Positions 49,113 through 64,000 of a stretch of DNA of 64,000 bases are shown here, piece by piece. The notes under the pieces are model-generated. The model made no database searches. It saw only the letters and a list, made by a program, of their open reading frames with translations, and was not told the origin of the DNA. Made by a program: the position numbers and the translations under genes. The first letter of the stretch is position 1; each line of letters starts with the position of its first letter. Source of the stretch: the human T2T-CHM13v2.0 reference genome, Homo sapiens; the NCBI RefSeq assembly GCF_009914755.1, contig NC_060935.1. One strand, written 5' to 3'.

Positions 49113-52100
49113 CTTTTGTTTCCTTTTTTTATTTTTTTAGGGTTTTTTAAAAATTATACTTTAAGTTCTAGGGCACTGTTCACAACTTGCTGTCTTGTTA
49201 CACAGATATACATGTGCCATGCTGGGCAACCGCACCCATCAACCCATCATTTACATTAGGTATTTCTCCCAGTGCTGTCCATCCTCCTGCCCCCCACCCG
49301 ACAACAGGCCCCAGTGTGTGATGTTCTCCACTCTGTGTCCAAGTGTTCTCATTGTTCAATTCCCACCTATGTGTGAGAACATGTGGTGTTTGGTTTTCTG
49401 TCCTTGTGATAGTTTGCTGAGAATGATGGTTTCCAGCTTCATCAACGTCCCTGCAAAGCACAGGAACTCATCCTTTTTATGCTGTATAGTATTCCATGAT
49501 GTTTTTGTGACACATTTTCTTAATCCAGTCTATCATTGATGCACATGTGGGTTGGTGCCAAATCTTTGCTATTGTGAATAGTGCCGCAATAAACATATGT
49601 GTGCATGTGTCTTTATAGTAGCATGATTTACAATCCTTTTGGTATATACCCAGTAATGGGATGGCTGGGTCACATGGTATTCCTAGATCCAGATCCTTGA
49701 GGAATCACCACACTGTCTTCCACAATGGTTGAACTAGTTTACAGTCCCACCAACAGTGTAAAAGTGTTCCTATTTCTCCACATCCTCTCCAGCATATGTT
49801 ATTTCCTGACTTTTTAATGATTGCCATTCATTAAATGGTGTGTGATGGTATCTCATTGTGGTTTTGATTTGCATTTCTCTGATGGCCAGTAATGATGAGC
49901 ACTTTTTCATATCTCTGTTGGCTGCATAAATGTCTTCTTTTGAGAAGTGTCTGTTCATATCCTTTGCCCACTTTTTGATGGGGTTGTTTGATTTTTTCTT
50001 GTATATTTGTTTGAGTTCATTGTAGATTCTGGATATTAGCCCTTTGTCAGATGGGTAGATTGCAAATTTTTTCTCCCATTCTGTAGGTTGCCCATTCACT
50101 CTGAAGGTCATTTCTTTTGCTGTGCAGAAGCTCTTCAGTTTAATTAGATCCCATTTGTCAATTTTGGCTTTTGTTGCCATTGCTTTTGGTGTTTTAGACA
50201 TGAAGTCCTTGCCCATGCCTATGTCCTGAATGGTATTGCCTAGGTTTTCTTCTAGGGTTTTGTTGGTTTTAGGTCTAACATTTAAGTCTGTAATCCATCT
50301 TGAATTAATTTTTATGTAAGTTGTAAGGAATGGATCCAGTTTCAGCTTTCTCCATATGGCTAGCCAGTTTTCTCAGTACCATTTATTAAATAGGGAATCC
50401 TTTCCCCATTTCTTGTTTTTGTCAGGTTTGTCAACGATCAGACATTTGTAGATGTGTGGTGTTATTTCTAAGTACTCTGTTCTGTTCCATCGGTCTCCAT
50501 ATGAACTTTAAAGTAGTTTTTTCCAAATCTGTGAAGAAAGTCATTTGTAGCTTGATGGGGACGGCATTGAATCTGTAAGTTACCTTGGGCAATATGGCCA
50601 TTTTCACAACATTAATTCTTCCTGCCCATGAGCATGAAATTTTCTTCCCTTTGTTTGTGTCCTCTTTTATTTTGTTGAGCAGTGGTTTGTAGTTCTCCTT
50701 GAAGAGGTCCTTCACATCCCTTGTAACTTGGATTCCTAGATATTTTATGCTCTTTGTAGCAATTGTGAACGGGAGTTCACTCATGATTTGGCTCTCTGTT
50801 TGTTTGTTATTGGTGTATAGGAACGCTTGTGATTTCTGCACATTTATTTTGTATCCTGAGACTTTGCTAAAGTTGCTTATCAGCTTAAGGGAATTTTGGG
50901 CTGAGATGATGGGGTTTTCTAAATATATAATCATGTCATCTGAAAACAGGGAGAATTTGACTTCCTTTTTTCCTAATTGAATACCCGTTATTTCTTTCTC
51001 CTGCCTGATTGCCCGGGCCAGAACTTCCAACACTATGTTGAATAGGAGTGGTGAGAGAGGGCATGCCTGTCTTGTGCCAGTTTCCAAAGGGAATGCTTCC
51101 AGCTTTTTCCCATTCAGTATGATATTGGCTGTGGGTTTGTCATAAAGAGTTCTTATTATTTTGAGATACTTCCCATCAATACCTAATTTATTGAGAGTTT
51201 TTAGCATGAAGCATTGTTGAATTTTGTCTAAGGCCTTTTCTGCATGTATTGAGATAATAATGTGGTTTTTGTCTTTGGTTCTGTTTATATGATTGATTAC
51301 ATTTTTTGATTTGCATAGGTTGAACCAGCCTTGCATCCCAGGGATGAAGCCCACTTGATCATGATGGATAAGCTTTTTGATGTGCTGCTGGATTCGGTTT
51401 GCCAGTATTTTATTGAGGATTTTTGCATCGATGTTCATCAGGGATATTGGTCTAAAATTCTCTTCTTTTGTTGTGTCTCTGCCAGGCTTTGGTATCAAGA
51501 TGATGCTGGCCTCATAAAATGAGTTAGGGAGGATTCCCTCTTTTTCTATTGATTGGAATAGTTTCAGAAGGAATGGTACCAGGTCCTCTTTGTACCTGTG
51601 GTAGAATTCACCTGCAAATCCACCTGTTCTTGGACTTTTTTTGGTTGATAAGCTACAAATTATTGCCTCCATTTTAGAGCCTGTTATTGGTCTATTCAGA
51701 GATTCAGCTTCTTCCTGGTTTGGTCTTGGGAGGCTGTATGTGTCAAGGAATTTATCCATTTCTTCTAGATTTTCTAGTTTTTTTGCATAGAGGTGTTTAT
51801 AGTATTCTCTGATGGTAGCTGGTATTTCTGTACCATCAGTGGTGGTATCCCCTTTCTCATTTTTTATTGCTTGTATTTGATTCTTCTGAATTTTCTTCTT
51901 TATTAGTGTTGCCAGCAGTCTATCAATTTTGTTGATCGCTTCAAAAAACCAGCTCCTGGATTCATTGATTTTTTGAAGGGTTTTTTGTATCTCTATCTCC
52001 TTCAGTTCTGCTCTGATCTTAGTTATTTCTTGCCTTCTGTCAGCTTTTGAATTTGTTTGCTCTTGCTTCTCTAGTTCTTTTAATTGTGATGTTGGGGTGT

Positions 52101-55100
52101 CAATTTTAGATTTTTCCTGCTTTCTCTTGTGGGCATTTAGTGCTATAAATTTCCCTCCACACACTGCTTTAAATGTGTCCCAGAGATTCTGGTATGTTGT
52201 GTCTTTGTTCTCACTGGTTTCAAAGAACATCTTTATTTCTGCCTTCATTTTGTCTTGTACCCTGTAGTCATTCAGGAGCAAGTTGTTCAGTTTCCATGTA
52301 GTTGAGCAATTTTGAGTGTTTGTTAATCCTGGGTTCTAGTTTGATTGCACTGTGGTCTGAGAGACAGTGTGTTATAATTTCTGTTCTTTTACATTTGCTG
52401 AGGAGTGTTTTACTTCCAACTATGTGGTCAATTGTGGAATAAGTGTGGTGTGGTGCTGCAAACAATGTATATTCTGTTGATTTGGGGTGGAAAGTTCAGT
52501 TGATTTGGGGTGCAAAGTTTTGTAGATGTCTAATAAGTCCGCCTGGTGCAGAGCTGTGTTAAATTCCTGGATATCCTTGTTAACTTTCTGTCTCGTTGAT
52601 CTTTCTAATGTTGACAGCGGGGTGTTAAAGTCTCCCATTATTATTGTGTGGGAGTCTAAGTCCTTTGTAGGTCTCTAAGGACTTGCTTTATGAATCTGGA
52701 TGCTCCTGTATTGGGTGCATGTATATTTAGGATAGTTAGCTCTTCCTGTTGAATTGATCCTTTTACCATTATATAATGGCCTTCTTTGTCTCTTCTGATC
52801 TTTTTTGGTTTAAAGTCTGTTTTAACAGAGACTAGAATTGTAACCCCTGCCTTTTTTTTTTGTTTTCCATTTGCTTGGTAGATCTTCCTCCATCCCCTTA
52901 TTTTGAGCCTATGTGTGTCTCTGTATGTGAGTTGAGTCTCCTGAATACAGCACACTGATGTATCTTGACTCTTTATCCAATTTGCCAGTCTGTGTCTTTT
53001 AATTGGAACATTTAGCCCATTTACATTTAAAGTTAATATTGTTATGTGTGAATGTGATCCTGTCAGTATGATGTTAGCTGATTATTTTGCTCATTAGTTT
53101 TTGCAGTTTCTTCCTAGCATTGATGATCTTTATAATTTGGCATGTTTTCACAGTAGCTGGTACTGGTTGTTCCTTTCCATGTTTAGTTCTTCCTTCAGGA
53201 GCTCTTGTAAGGCAGGCCTGGTGGTGACAAAATCTATCAGCTTTTTTTTTTTTTTCTGCAAAGGATTGTATTTCTCCTTCACTCATGAAGTTTAGTTTGG
53301 CTTGATATGAATTTCTGGGTTGAAAATTTTTTCCTTTAAGAATGTTGAATATTGGCCCGCAGTCTCTTCTGGCTTGTAGAGTTTCTGCCAAGAGATCTGC
53401 AGTTAGTGTGATGGGCTTCCCTTTGTGGGTAACCCGACCTTTCTCTCTTGCTGTCCTTAACATTTTTTCCTTCATATCAACTTTGGTGAATCTGACAATT
53501 ATGTGTCTTGGAGTTGCTCTTCTCAAGGACTATCTTTTTGGTGTTCTCTGTATTTCCTGAATTTGAATGTTGGCCTGACTTGCTAGGTTGGTGAAGTTCT
53601 CCTGGATAATATCCTGAAGAGTGTTTTCCAACTTGTTTCCATCCTCCCCATCACTTTCAGGTAAACCAATCAGACGTTGATTTGGTCTTTTCACATAGTC
53701 CCATATTTCTTGGAGGTTTTGTTCATTTCTTTTTACTCTTTTTTCTCTAAACTTCTCTTCTCACTTCACTTCATTTATTTGATCTTCAGTCACTGATACC
53801 CTTTCTTCCAGTTGATTGAATCAGCTACTAAAGCTTATGCATGCATCACGTAGTTCTCGTGCCATGGTTTTCAGCTCCATCAGGTCATTTAAGGTCTAAT
53901 CTACACTATTTATTGTAGTTAGCCATTCATCTAATCTTTTTTCAAGGTTTTTAGCTTCTTTTCAATGGGTTCAAACATCCTCCTTTAGCTGGGAGAAGTT
54001 TGTTATTACCGATCATCTGAAGCCTTCTTCTCTCAACTTGTCAAAGTCATTCTCCATCCAGCTTTGTTCCATTGCTGGCGAGGAGCTGCTTTTCTTTGGA
54101 GGGGAAGAGGTGCTCTGATTTTTAGAATTTTCAGCTCTTCTGCTCTGGTTTCTCCCCATCTTTTTGGTTTTATCTACCTTTGATGTTTGATGATGGTGAT
54201 GTACAGATGGGGATTTGGTGTTGATGTCCTTTTTGTTTGTTAGTTTTCCTTCTAATAGTCAGGACCCTCAGCTCCAGGTCTGTTGGAGTTTGCTGGAGGT
54301 CCACTCCAAACCCTGTTTGCCTGGCTATCACCAGCAGAGGCTGCAGAATAGCAAATATTGCAGAATGGCAAATGTTGCTGTCTGATCATTCCTCTGGAAG
54401 CTTCATCTGAGAGGGGCACCTGGCTGTATGAGCTGTCAGTCAGCCCCTACTGGGAGGTGACCCCCAGTTAGGCTACTCGGGGTTCAGGGAGCCAGTTGAG
54501 GAGGCAGTCTGTCTGTTCTCAGATGTCAACCTCCATGCTGGGAGAACCACTACTCTCTTCAAAGCTGTCAGATAGGGACGTTTAAGTCTGCAGAAGTTTC
54601 TGCTGCCTTTTGTTCAGCTGTGCCCTGCCCCCAGAGGTGGAGTCTACAGAGGCAGGCAGGCCTCCTTGAGCTGCAGTGTACTCCAGCCAGTTCGAGATTC
54701 CTGGCAGCTTTGTTTACCTACTCAAGCCTCAGCAATGGTGGGCACCCCTCCCCCAGCCTCGCTGTCACCTTGCAGTTCAATCTCAGATTGGTGTGCTAGC
54801 AATGAGGTAGGCTTTGTGGGCATGGGACCCTCTGAGCCATGTGTGGGATATAATCTCCTGGTGTGCCGTTTGCTAAGACCATTGGAAAATCACAGTATTA
54901 GGGTAGGAGCAACCCAATTTTCCAGGTGCTGTCTGTCATGGCTTTCCTTGGCTAGGAAAGGGAATTCCCCAACCCCCTGTGCTTCCCAGGTGAGGCTACA
55001 CCTTACCCTGCTTCAGCTCACACTCCATGGGCTGCACCCTCTGTCCTGCACCCACTGTTCAACAAGCCTCAGTGAAATGGACCTGGTACCATAGTTGGAA

Positions 55101-55189
55101 ATGCAGAAATCACCAATCTTCTGTGTTGCTCACACTGGGAGCTGTAGACTGGAGCTGTTCCCGTTTGGCCCTCTTGGAACATACCTCTC
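49113..55189 (-). mobile_element. Full-length LINE-1 (L1PA6/7-like)
   Basis: 5' end gttccaagagggccaaacgggaacagctcc, a 616-aa ORF2 piece (50431-52281), an ~140-bp deletion at ~50496, a 23-bp tandem duplication at ~52475-52520, and 3' UTR. Confidence 0.93.
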
Positions 55190-58100
55190 TTGAATACCCT
55201 TTATTTCTATCTCTTGCCTGATTGCCCTGGCCAGAACTTCCAACACTATGTTGAATAGGAGTGGTGAGAGAGGGCATCCCTGTCTTGTACCAGTTTTCAA
55301 AGGGAATGCTTCCAGTTTTTGCCCATTCAGTATGATATTGGCTGTGGGTTTGTCATAAAGAACTCTTATTATTTTGAGATATGTTCCATCAATACCTAGT
55401 TTAATGAGAGTTTTTAGCATGAAGAGCTGTTGAATTTTGTTGAAGGTCTTTTCTGCATCTATTGAGATAATCATGTGGTTTTTGTGAATGGTTCTGTTTA
55501 TGTGATGGACTACGTTTATTGCTTTGTGTATGTTGAACCAGCCTTGCATCCCAGGGATGAAGCTGACTTGATCATGGTGGACAAGCTTTTTGTTGTGCTG
55601 CTGGATTCAGTTTGCCAGTATTTTATTGAGGATTTTCATGTTGATGTTCATCAGGGATATTGGTGTAAAATTCTCTTTTTTTGTTGTGTCTCTGCCAGGC
55701 TTTGCTATCAGGATGATGCTGGCCCTATAAAATGAGTTAGGGAGGATTCCCTCTTTTTCTGTTGATTGGAATATTTTCAGAGGAATGGTACCGGCTCCTC
55801 TTTGTACCTCTGATAGAATTTGGCTGTGAATCTATTCAGTCCTGGACTTTTTTTGGTTGGTAGGCTATTAATTATTGCCTCAATTTCAGAGCCTGTTATT
55901 GGTCTATTGGTCTGTTCAGAGATTTAATGTATTTCTGGTTTAGTCTTGGGAGGGTGTACATATCCAGGAATTCATCCATTTCTTTTAGATTTTCTAGTTT
56001 ATTTGTGTAGAGGTGTTTATAGTATTCTCTGATGGCAGTTTGTATTTCTGTGGGATTGATGGTGATATCTCCTTTATCATTTTTTATTGCATCTATTTGA
56101 TTCTTCTCTCTTTTATTCTTTATTAGTCTGGCTAGTGGTCTTTCAATTTTGCTGATCTTTTCAAAAAACCAGCTCCTGGATTCATTGATTTTTTGAAGCA
56201 TTTTTTTGTGTCTCTATCTCCTTCAGTTCTGCTCTGATCTTAGGTATTTCTTGCCTTCTGCTAGCTTTTGAATGTGTTTGCTCTTGCTTCTCTAGTTCTT
56301 TTAATTGTGATGTTAGGGTGTCGGTTTTAGATCTTTCCTGCTTTCTCTTGTGGGCATTTAGTGCTATAAAATTCTCTCTAGAGACCACTTTTGATGCATC
56401 CCAGAGATTCTGGTACATTGTTTGTCTTCTCATTGGTTTCAAAGAACATCTTTATTTCTGCCTTCATTTCGTTATGTATCCAGTAGTCATTCAGGAGCAG
56501 GTTGTTCAGTTTCCATGTAGTTGAGCGGTTTTGAGTGAGCTTCTTAATGCTGACTTCTAATTTGATTGCACTGTGGTCTGAGAGAGAGTTTGCTGTGATT
56601 TCTATTATTTTACATTTGTTGAGGAGTGCTTTACTTCCAACTATGCGGTCAATTTTGGAATAAGTGTGATGTGGTGCTGAGAAGAATGTATATTCTGTTG
56701 ATTTGGAGTGGAGAGTTCTGTAGGTGTCTATTAGGTTCGCCTGGTGCAGAGCTGAGTTCAAGTCCTGGATATCCTTGTTAACCTTCTGTCTCATTGATCT
56801 GTCTAATGTTGATAGTGGGGTGTTAAATTCTCCCATTATTATTGTGTGGGAGTCTAAGTCTCTTTGTAGGTCTCTAAGGACTTGCTTTATGAATCTGGAT
56901 GCTCCCGTATTGGGTGCATGTATATTTAAGATAGTTAGCTCTTCTTGTTAAATTGATCCCTTTACAATTATGTAATGGCTTTGTTTCTCTTGATCTTTGT
57001 TGGTTTAAAGTCTGTTTTATCAGAGACTAGGATTGCCACCCCTGCCTTTTTTTTGTTTTCCATTTCCTTGGAAGATCTTCCTCCATCCCATTATTTTGAG
57101 CCTATGTGTGTCTCTTCACATGTAATGTGTCTCCTGAACACAGCACACTGATGGGTCTTGACTCTTTATCCAATTTCCCAGTCTGTGTCTTTGAATTGGG
57201 GTATTTAGCTCATTTACATTTAAGGTTAATATTGTTATGTGTGAATTTGTTCCGGTCATTATGATGTTAGCTTGTTATTTTACTTGTTAGTTGATGCAGT
57301 TTCTTCCTAGCCTTGGAGGTCTTTACAATTTGGCATGTTTTTGCAGTGGCTGGTACCAGTTGTTCCTTTCCATGTTTAGTGCTTCCTTCAGGAGCTCTTG
57401 TAAGGCAGGCCTTGTCGTGAAAAATATCTCTCAGCATTTTCTTGTCTGTGAAGGATTTTATTTCTCCTTCACTTATGAAGCTTAGTTTGTCTGGATATGA
57501 ATTTCTGTGTTGAAAATTGTTTTCTTTAAGAATGTTGAATATTGGCCCCCACTCTCTTCTGGCTTATAGAGTTTCTGCCAAGAGATCCGCTGTGAGTCTG
57601 ATTGGCTTCCTTTTGTGGATAACCCAAACTTTCTCTCTGGCTTCCCTTAAATTTTTTCCTTCACTTCAACCTTGGTGAATCTGACAATTATGTGTCTTGT
57701 AGTTGCTCTTCTCGAGGAGTATCTTTGTGGTGTTCTCTGTATTTCCTGAATCTGAATATTGGCCTGCCTTGCTAGGTTGATAAAATTCTCCTGGATGATA
57801 TCTTGCAGAGCGTTTTCCAACTTGTTTCCATTCTTCCCATCACTTTCAGCTACACCAATCAAACATAGATTTGGTCTTTTCACATAGTCCCATATTTATT
57901 GGAGGCCTTGTTCATTTCTTCTTACTCTTTTTTCTCTAAACTTCTCTTCTCACTTCATTTCATTAATTTGATCTTCAATCACTGATAGTCTTTCTTCCAC
58001 TTGATCGCATTGGCTATTGAAACTTGTGCATGCATCACGTATTTCTTGTGCCATGGTTTTCAGCTCCATCAGGTCATTTAAGGTCTTCTCTACACTGTTT

Positions 58101-59185
58101 ATTCTAGCTAGCCATTCGTTTAGTCTTTTTTCAAGGTTTTTACCTTCCATGTGATGGGTTCAAACATCCTTCTTTAGCTCAGAGGAATTTGTTATAACTG
58201 TCCTTCTGAAGCCCTCTTCTGTCAGCTCATCAAAGTCATTCTCCATCCAGCTATATGCCATTGCTGGCGAGGAGCTGCAATCCTTTGGAGGAGAAGAGAT
58301 GCTCTGGTTTTTAGAATTTTCGGGTTTTCTGCTCTGGTTTCTCTCCATCTTTGTGGTTTTATTTATCTTTGGTGTTTGATGTTGGTGACCTACAGATGGG
58401 GTTTTTGTGTGGATGTCCTTTTTGTTGATGTTGATGGTATTCCTTTCTGCTTGTTAGTTTTCCATGTAACAGTCAGGCCTCTCAGCTACAGGTCTGTTGG
58501 TGTTTCCTGGAGGTCCACTCCAGACCCTGTTTGCATAGATATCACCAGCAAAGGCTGAAGAACAGCAAATATTCAGAACAGCAAATATTGCTGCCTGTTC
58601 CTTCCTCTGGAAGTTTCATCACAGAGGGACACCCAGCTGTATGAGGTGTCAGTCAGCCCCTACTGAGTGGTGTCTCCCAGTTAGGCTACACAGGGTTCAG
58701 GAACCCACTTGAGGAGGCAGTCTGTCCATTCTTAGAGCTCAAACACCATGCTGGGAGAAGCACTGCTCTCTTCAGAGCTGTCAGACAGGGACATTTAAGT
58801 TTGCAAGAATTTCTGCTTCCTTTTTTTCAGCTATGCTTTGCTCCCAGAGATGCAATCTACAGAGGCAATAGGCCTTGCTGAGATGCGGTGGGCTCTGCCC
58901 AGTTTGAGTTTCTTCAGTCATTTTGTTTTCCTACTCAAGCCTCAGCAATGGCAGATACCCCTTCCCCAGCCAGGCTGCCACCTTGCAGTTCAATCTCAGA
59001 GTGCTGCACTGGCAGTGAGAAAGGCTCTGTGGGTGTGGGACCTGCTGAACCAGGTGTGGGGTATAATCTCTTGGTGTGCTGTTTGTGAAGACCATTGGAA
59101 AAGTGCAATATTTGGACAGGAGTGTCCTGATTTTCCAGGTACCTCAGGTGGAAATGCAGAAATTACCTGTCTTCTGCATTGATCA
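55190..59185 (-). mobile_element. 3'-truncated LINE-1 (L1PA7/8-like): 5' UTR, ORF1 and ORF2 up to IKGIQ
   Basis: ORF 55130-55549 reads ...[14 protein letters not shown] and then runs into the 5' UTR of the neighbouring L1. The 5' UTR has a deletion at ~59140. Confidence 0.92.
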
Positions 59186-60604
59186 TGATCACATCTCACA
59201 AATCTTGATATGTTTTAGTTAGTGTTGAGTTCCAAATATTTGCTTATTTCTATTATAAGTTTTACTCTGATTCATATGTTATCAAAAATTTATTACCAAG
59301 TTTCCAAATATTTGAAGATTTTTCTAGATATATAAGCTACTTATTCCCATATAAAGTTACTCTAAAACTTAGGCTCGAATCACTATGTACTTATTATGTC
59401 TCTATTTCTGTAGGTCAGGGAACTAAGGCTGGCTTAGCAGATCCTAGTGCTTCAAGGTCTTTTACAAATCTGTAATCGTCATCTGGCTGGGGTTACAGTT
59501 TCGTATGAAGGCTTGACTGAGGAAGGATCCACTTATAACCTGATTGTTGGTTGGACTCAGTTTCTCAATAGAAATGAAAAAACTTTTGAGTGTCATTCTA
59601 CTTAACATCCCACAGCACTTGAAATTGTTTTATATATTTTACTGCTGGATGTTGTTAACTTCTGAATATATTGTTATTAATTTTCTTTGAACAATTTTTA
59701 TAAAACAACTAAAAAGAGAAAGAAAAAGAATCTCTGTTTAACCCCTATGTATTATATCTACTTTTTGAATACTTTTCTATAAATTATAATTTTTATATAA
59801 TATTGTGTTTTTCAGCCTGAGGAATTTTCTTTGCATTTTTCATAATACAGGTGTGATGGCTATTACATTTCTCATCTCTCAAGTACTGAGCTCATTACTG
59901 AATTGCATATGGCAGGTTGAGACCACATTTAGCTCTCCCCTTACACAAAATAGGTAAAAGATTGAGAGTGAGAGGAAATTCCAGCAATTCGCTGGTACAA
60001 GGGGTGTTGGAAAAGAGTTTGAAGTTCAATTTCTGCCCTAGTATAGTGATATAGTAAATTTTCAGCTTTCTGTTGAAACTCAAGAAGCTCCATGTCTCAG
60101 CATTAATGTCAACATCCCAGAATTAAGGATTATACAGTAACACTTTTTGACATCCTTTATCAATAGGGCTACTCTTTTTCTTTCTTTATCTTTTATCATC
60201 TTCACATTTTTATAGTTATAATTTGTTTTTATGCGGTTGTATCAACAGAAGCATTTACTGCCTTGTATCTTTCCTACAAATAATACAATTCTCAGACAGA
60301 GCATTAAATAACTTCAGTGTAGTTCTCCCATTCTAGTGAGAAGGGGTTCATTGTCCTTTCCTAGCATTAGCTGACTTCACATCACATATGAGAGAAACTG
60401 GAGTTTTATTCTCTAGAGGAGGATAATGTCATGTGTAAAGTATAAGAGTGTCCATTCTAGGTGTTATCACCCATTTGTGTGCTCCTTTTACATCTGATAT
60501 GATTTTTCCTTTAAACTATTACCTATTTAATTCCAATTCATCTTTTGAAAAAACCATTATTATGTGGTTTGTAAGGGGTATTATAATATGTCCATTTGAG
60601 GTAC

Positions 60605-60906
<302 letters not shown>

Positions 60907-61216
60907 TATGTGATGTACTTCTTAGCTCATTTATGTCCACTGGCCATGAGAAAATTTGTGGTTTGATTCAATGAGAGTTGGGGATCAAATTGATAGTCCA
61001 TGTATTATTTCAATAGCCAGATGGTGTTTTCATTTGTGGCTTGGATTACAGGCTAAGTGAATCTCAAAGTGTCATTAAAAGTCTAATCATGGTAAATCCA
61101 TTTGACATCACTAGGAACTATGGCTATTGGTCTTTTGTAATAATCCTAAAAGCTCTGTTTTGGTTCTTGGCACTAGCAAGAACTCTTTAATCCTATTTAA
61201 ACAGTGGTTCTGCTAT

Positions 61217-64000
<2,784 letters not shown>

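Larger units (their letters stand above)
47694..60573 (+). repeat. Partial duplication unit 3 (OR-less, paralogous to 34090-36770), split by a double L1
   Basis: 47694-49114 aligns to 34090-35485, and 59191-60573 aligns to 35468-36770. Homology ends at ccattattatgtggtttgtaa. Confidence 0.9.

Noticed and set aside
55130-55549. ORF2/5' UTR fusion ORF as a novel chimeric protein
   Set aside because: It is a by-product of the L1-L1 junction, lacks the RT catalytic motif, and has no evidence of expression.

Overview
Primate (almost certainly human, given an AluYa5) AT-rich, repeat-dense DNA from an olfactory receptor OR4A cluster. There are no intact protein-coding genes. The window holds two disabled + strand OR4A pseudogenes (11926-12872, 25667-26580), tentatively OR4A40P and OR4A43P at 11p11.2 (from recalled gene order and spacing, not verified). 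They sit in ancient tandem-duplicated units (unit 1 ~6860-19690, unit 2 ~20190-36770), and a partial third unit (47694-60573) has no OR gene. About half the window is primate L1PA: seven minus-strand copies, four of which retain 5' UTR sequence. The rest includes older L1M, MIR, L2 and MaLR LTRs, Alus and STRs. Nearly all ORFs in the track are L1, Alu or LTR debris. I found no credible evidence of a new biological system. The most interesting signals are mechanistic footprints that become visible by comparing the paralogous units: an L1 3' transduction, local templated insertions, a tiny polyadenylated retrocopy, a TSD-less L1 at a duplication junction, a composite double L1, abutting L1 and AluYa5 target sites, a stop codon shared by both ORs, a C-terminus recruited from 3' UTR, open ORF0-like frames, and a degenerate 22-bp tandem array. 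Subfamily calls are made by eye from remembered consensus features and are approximate.
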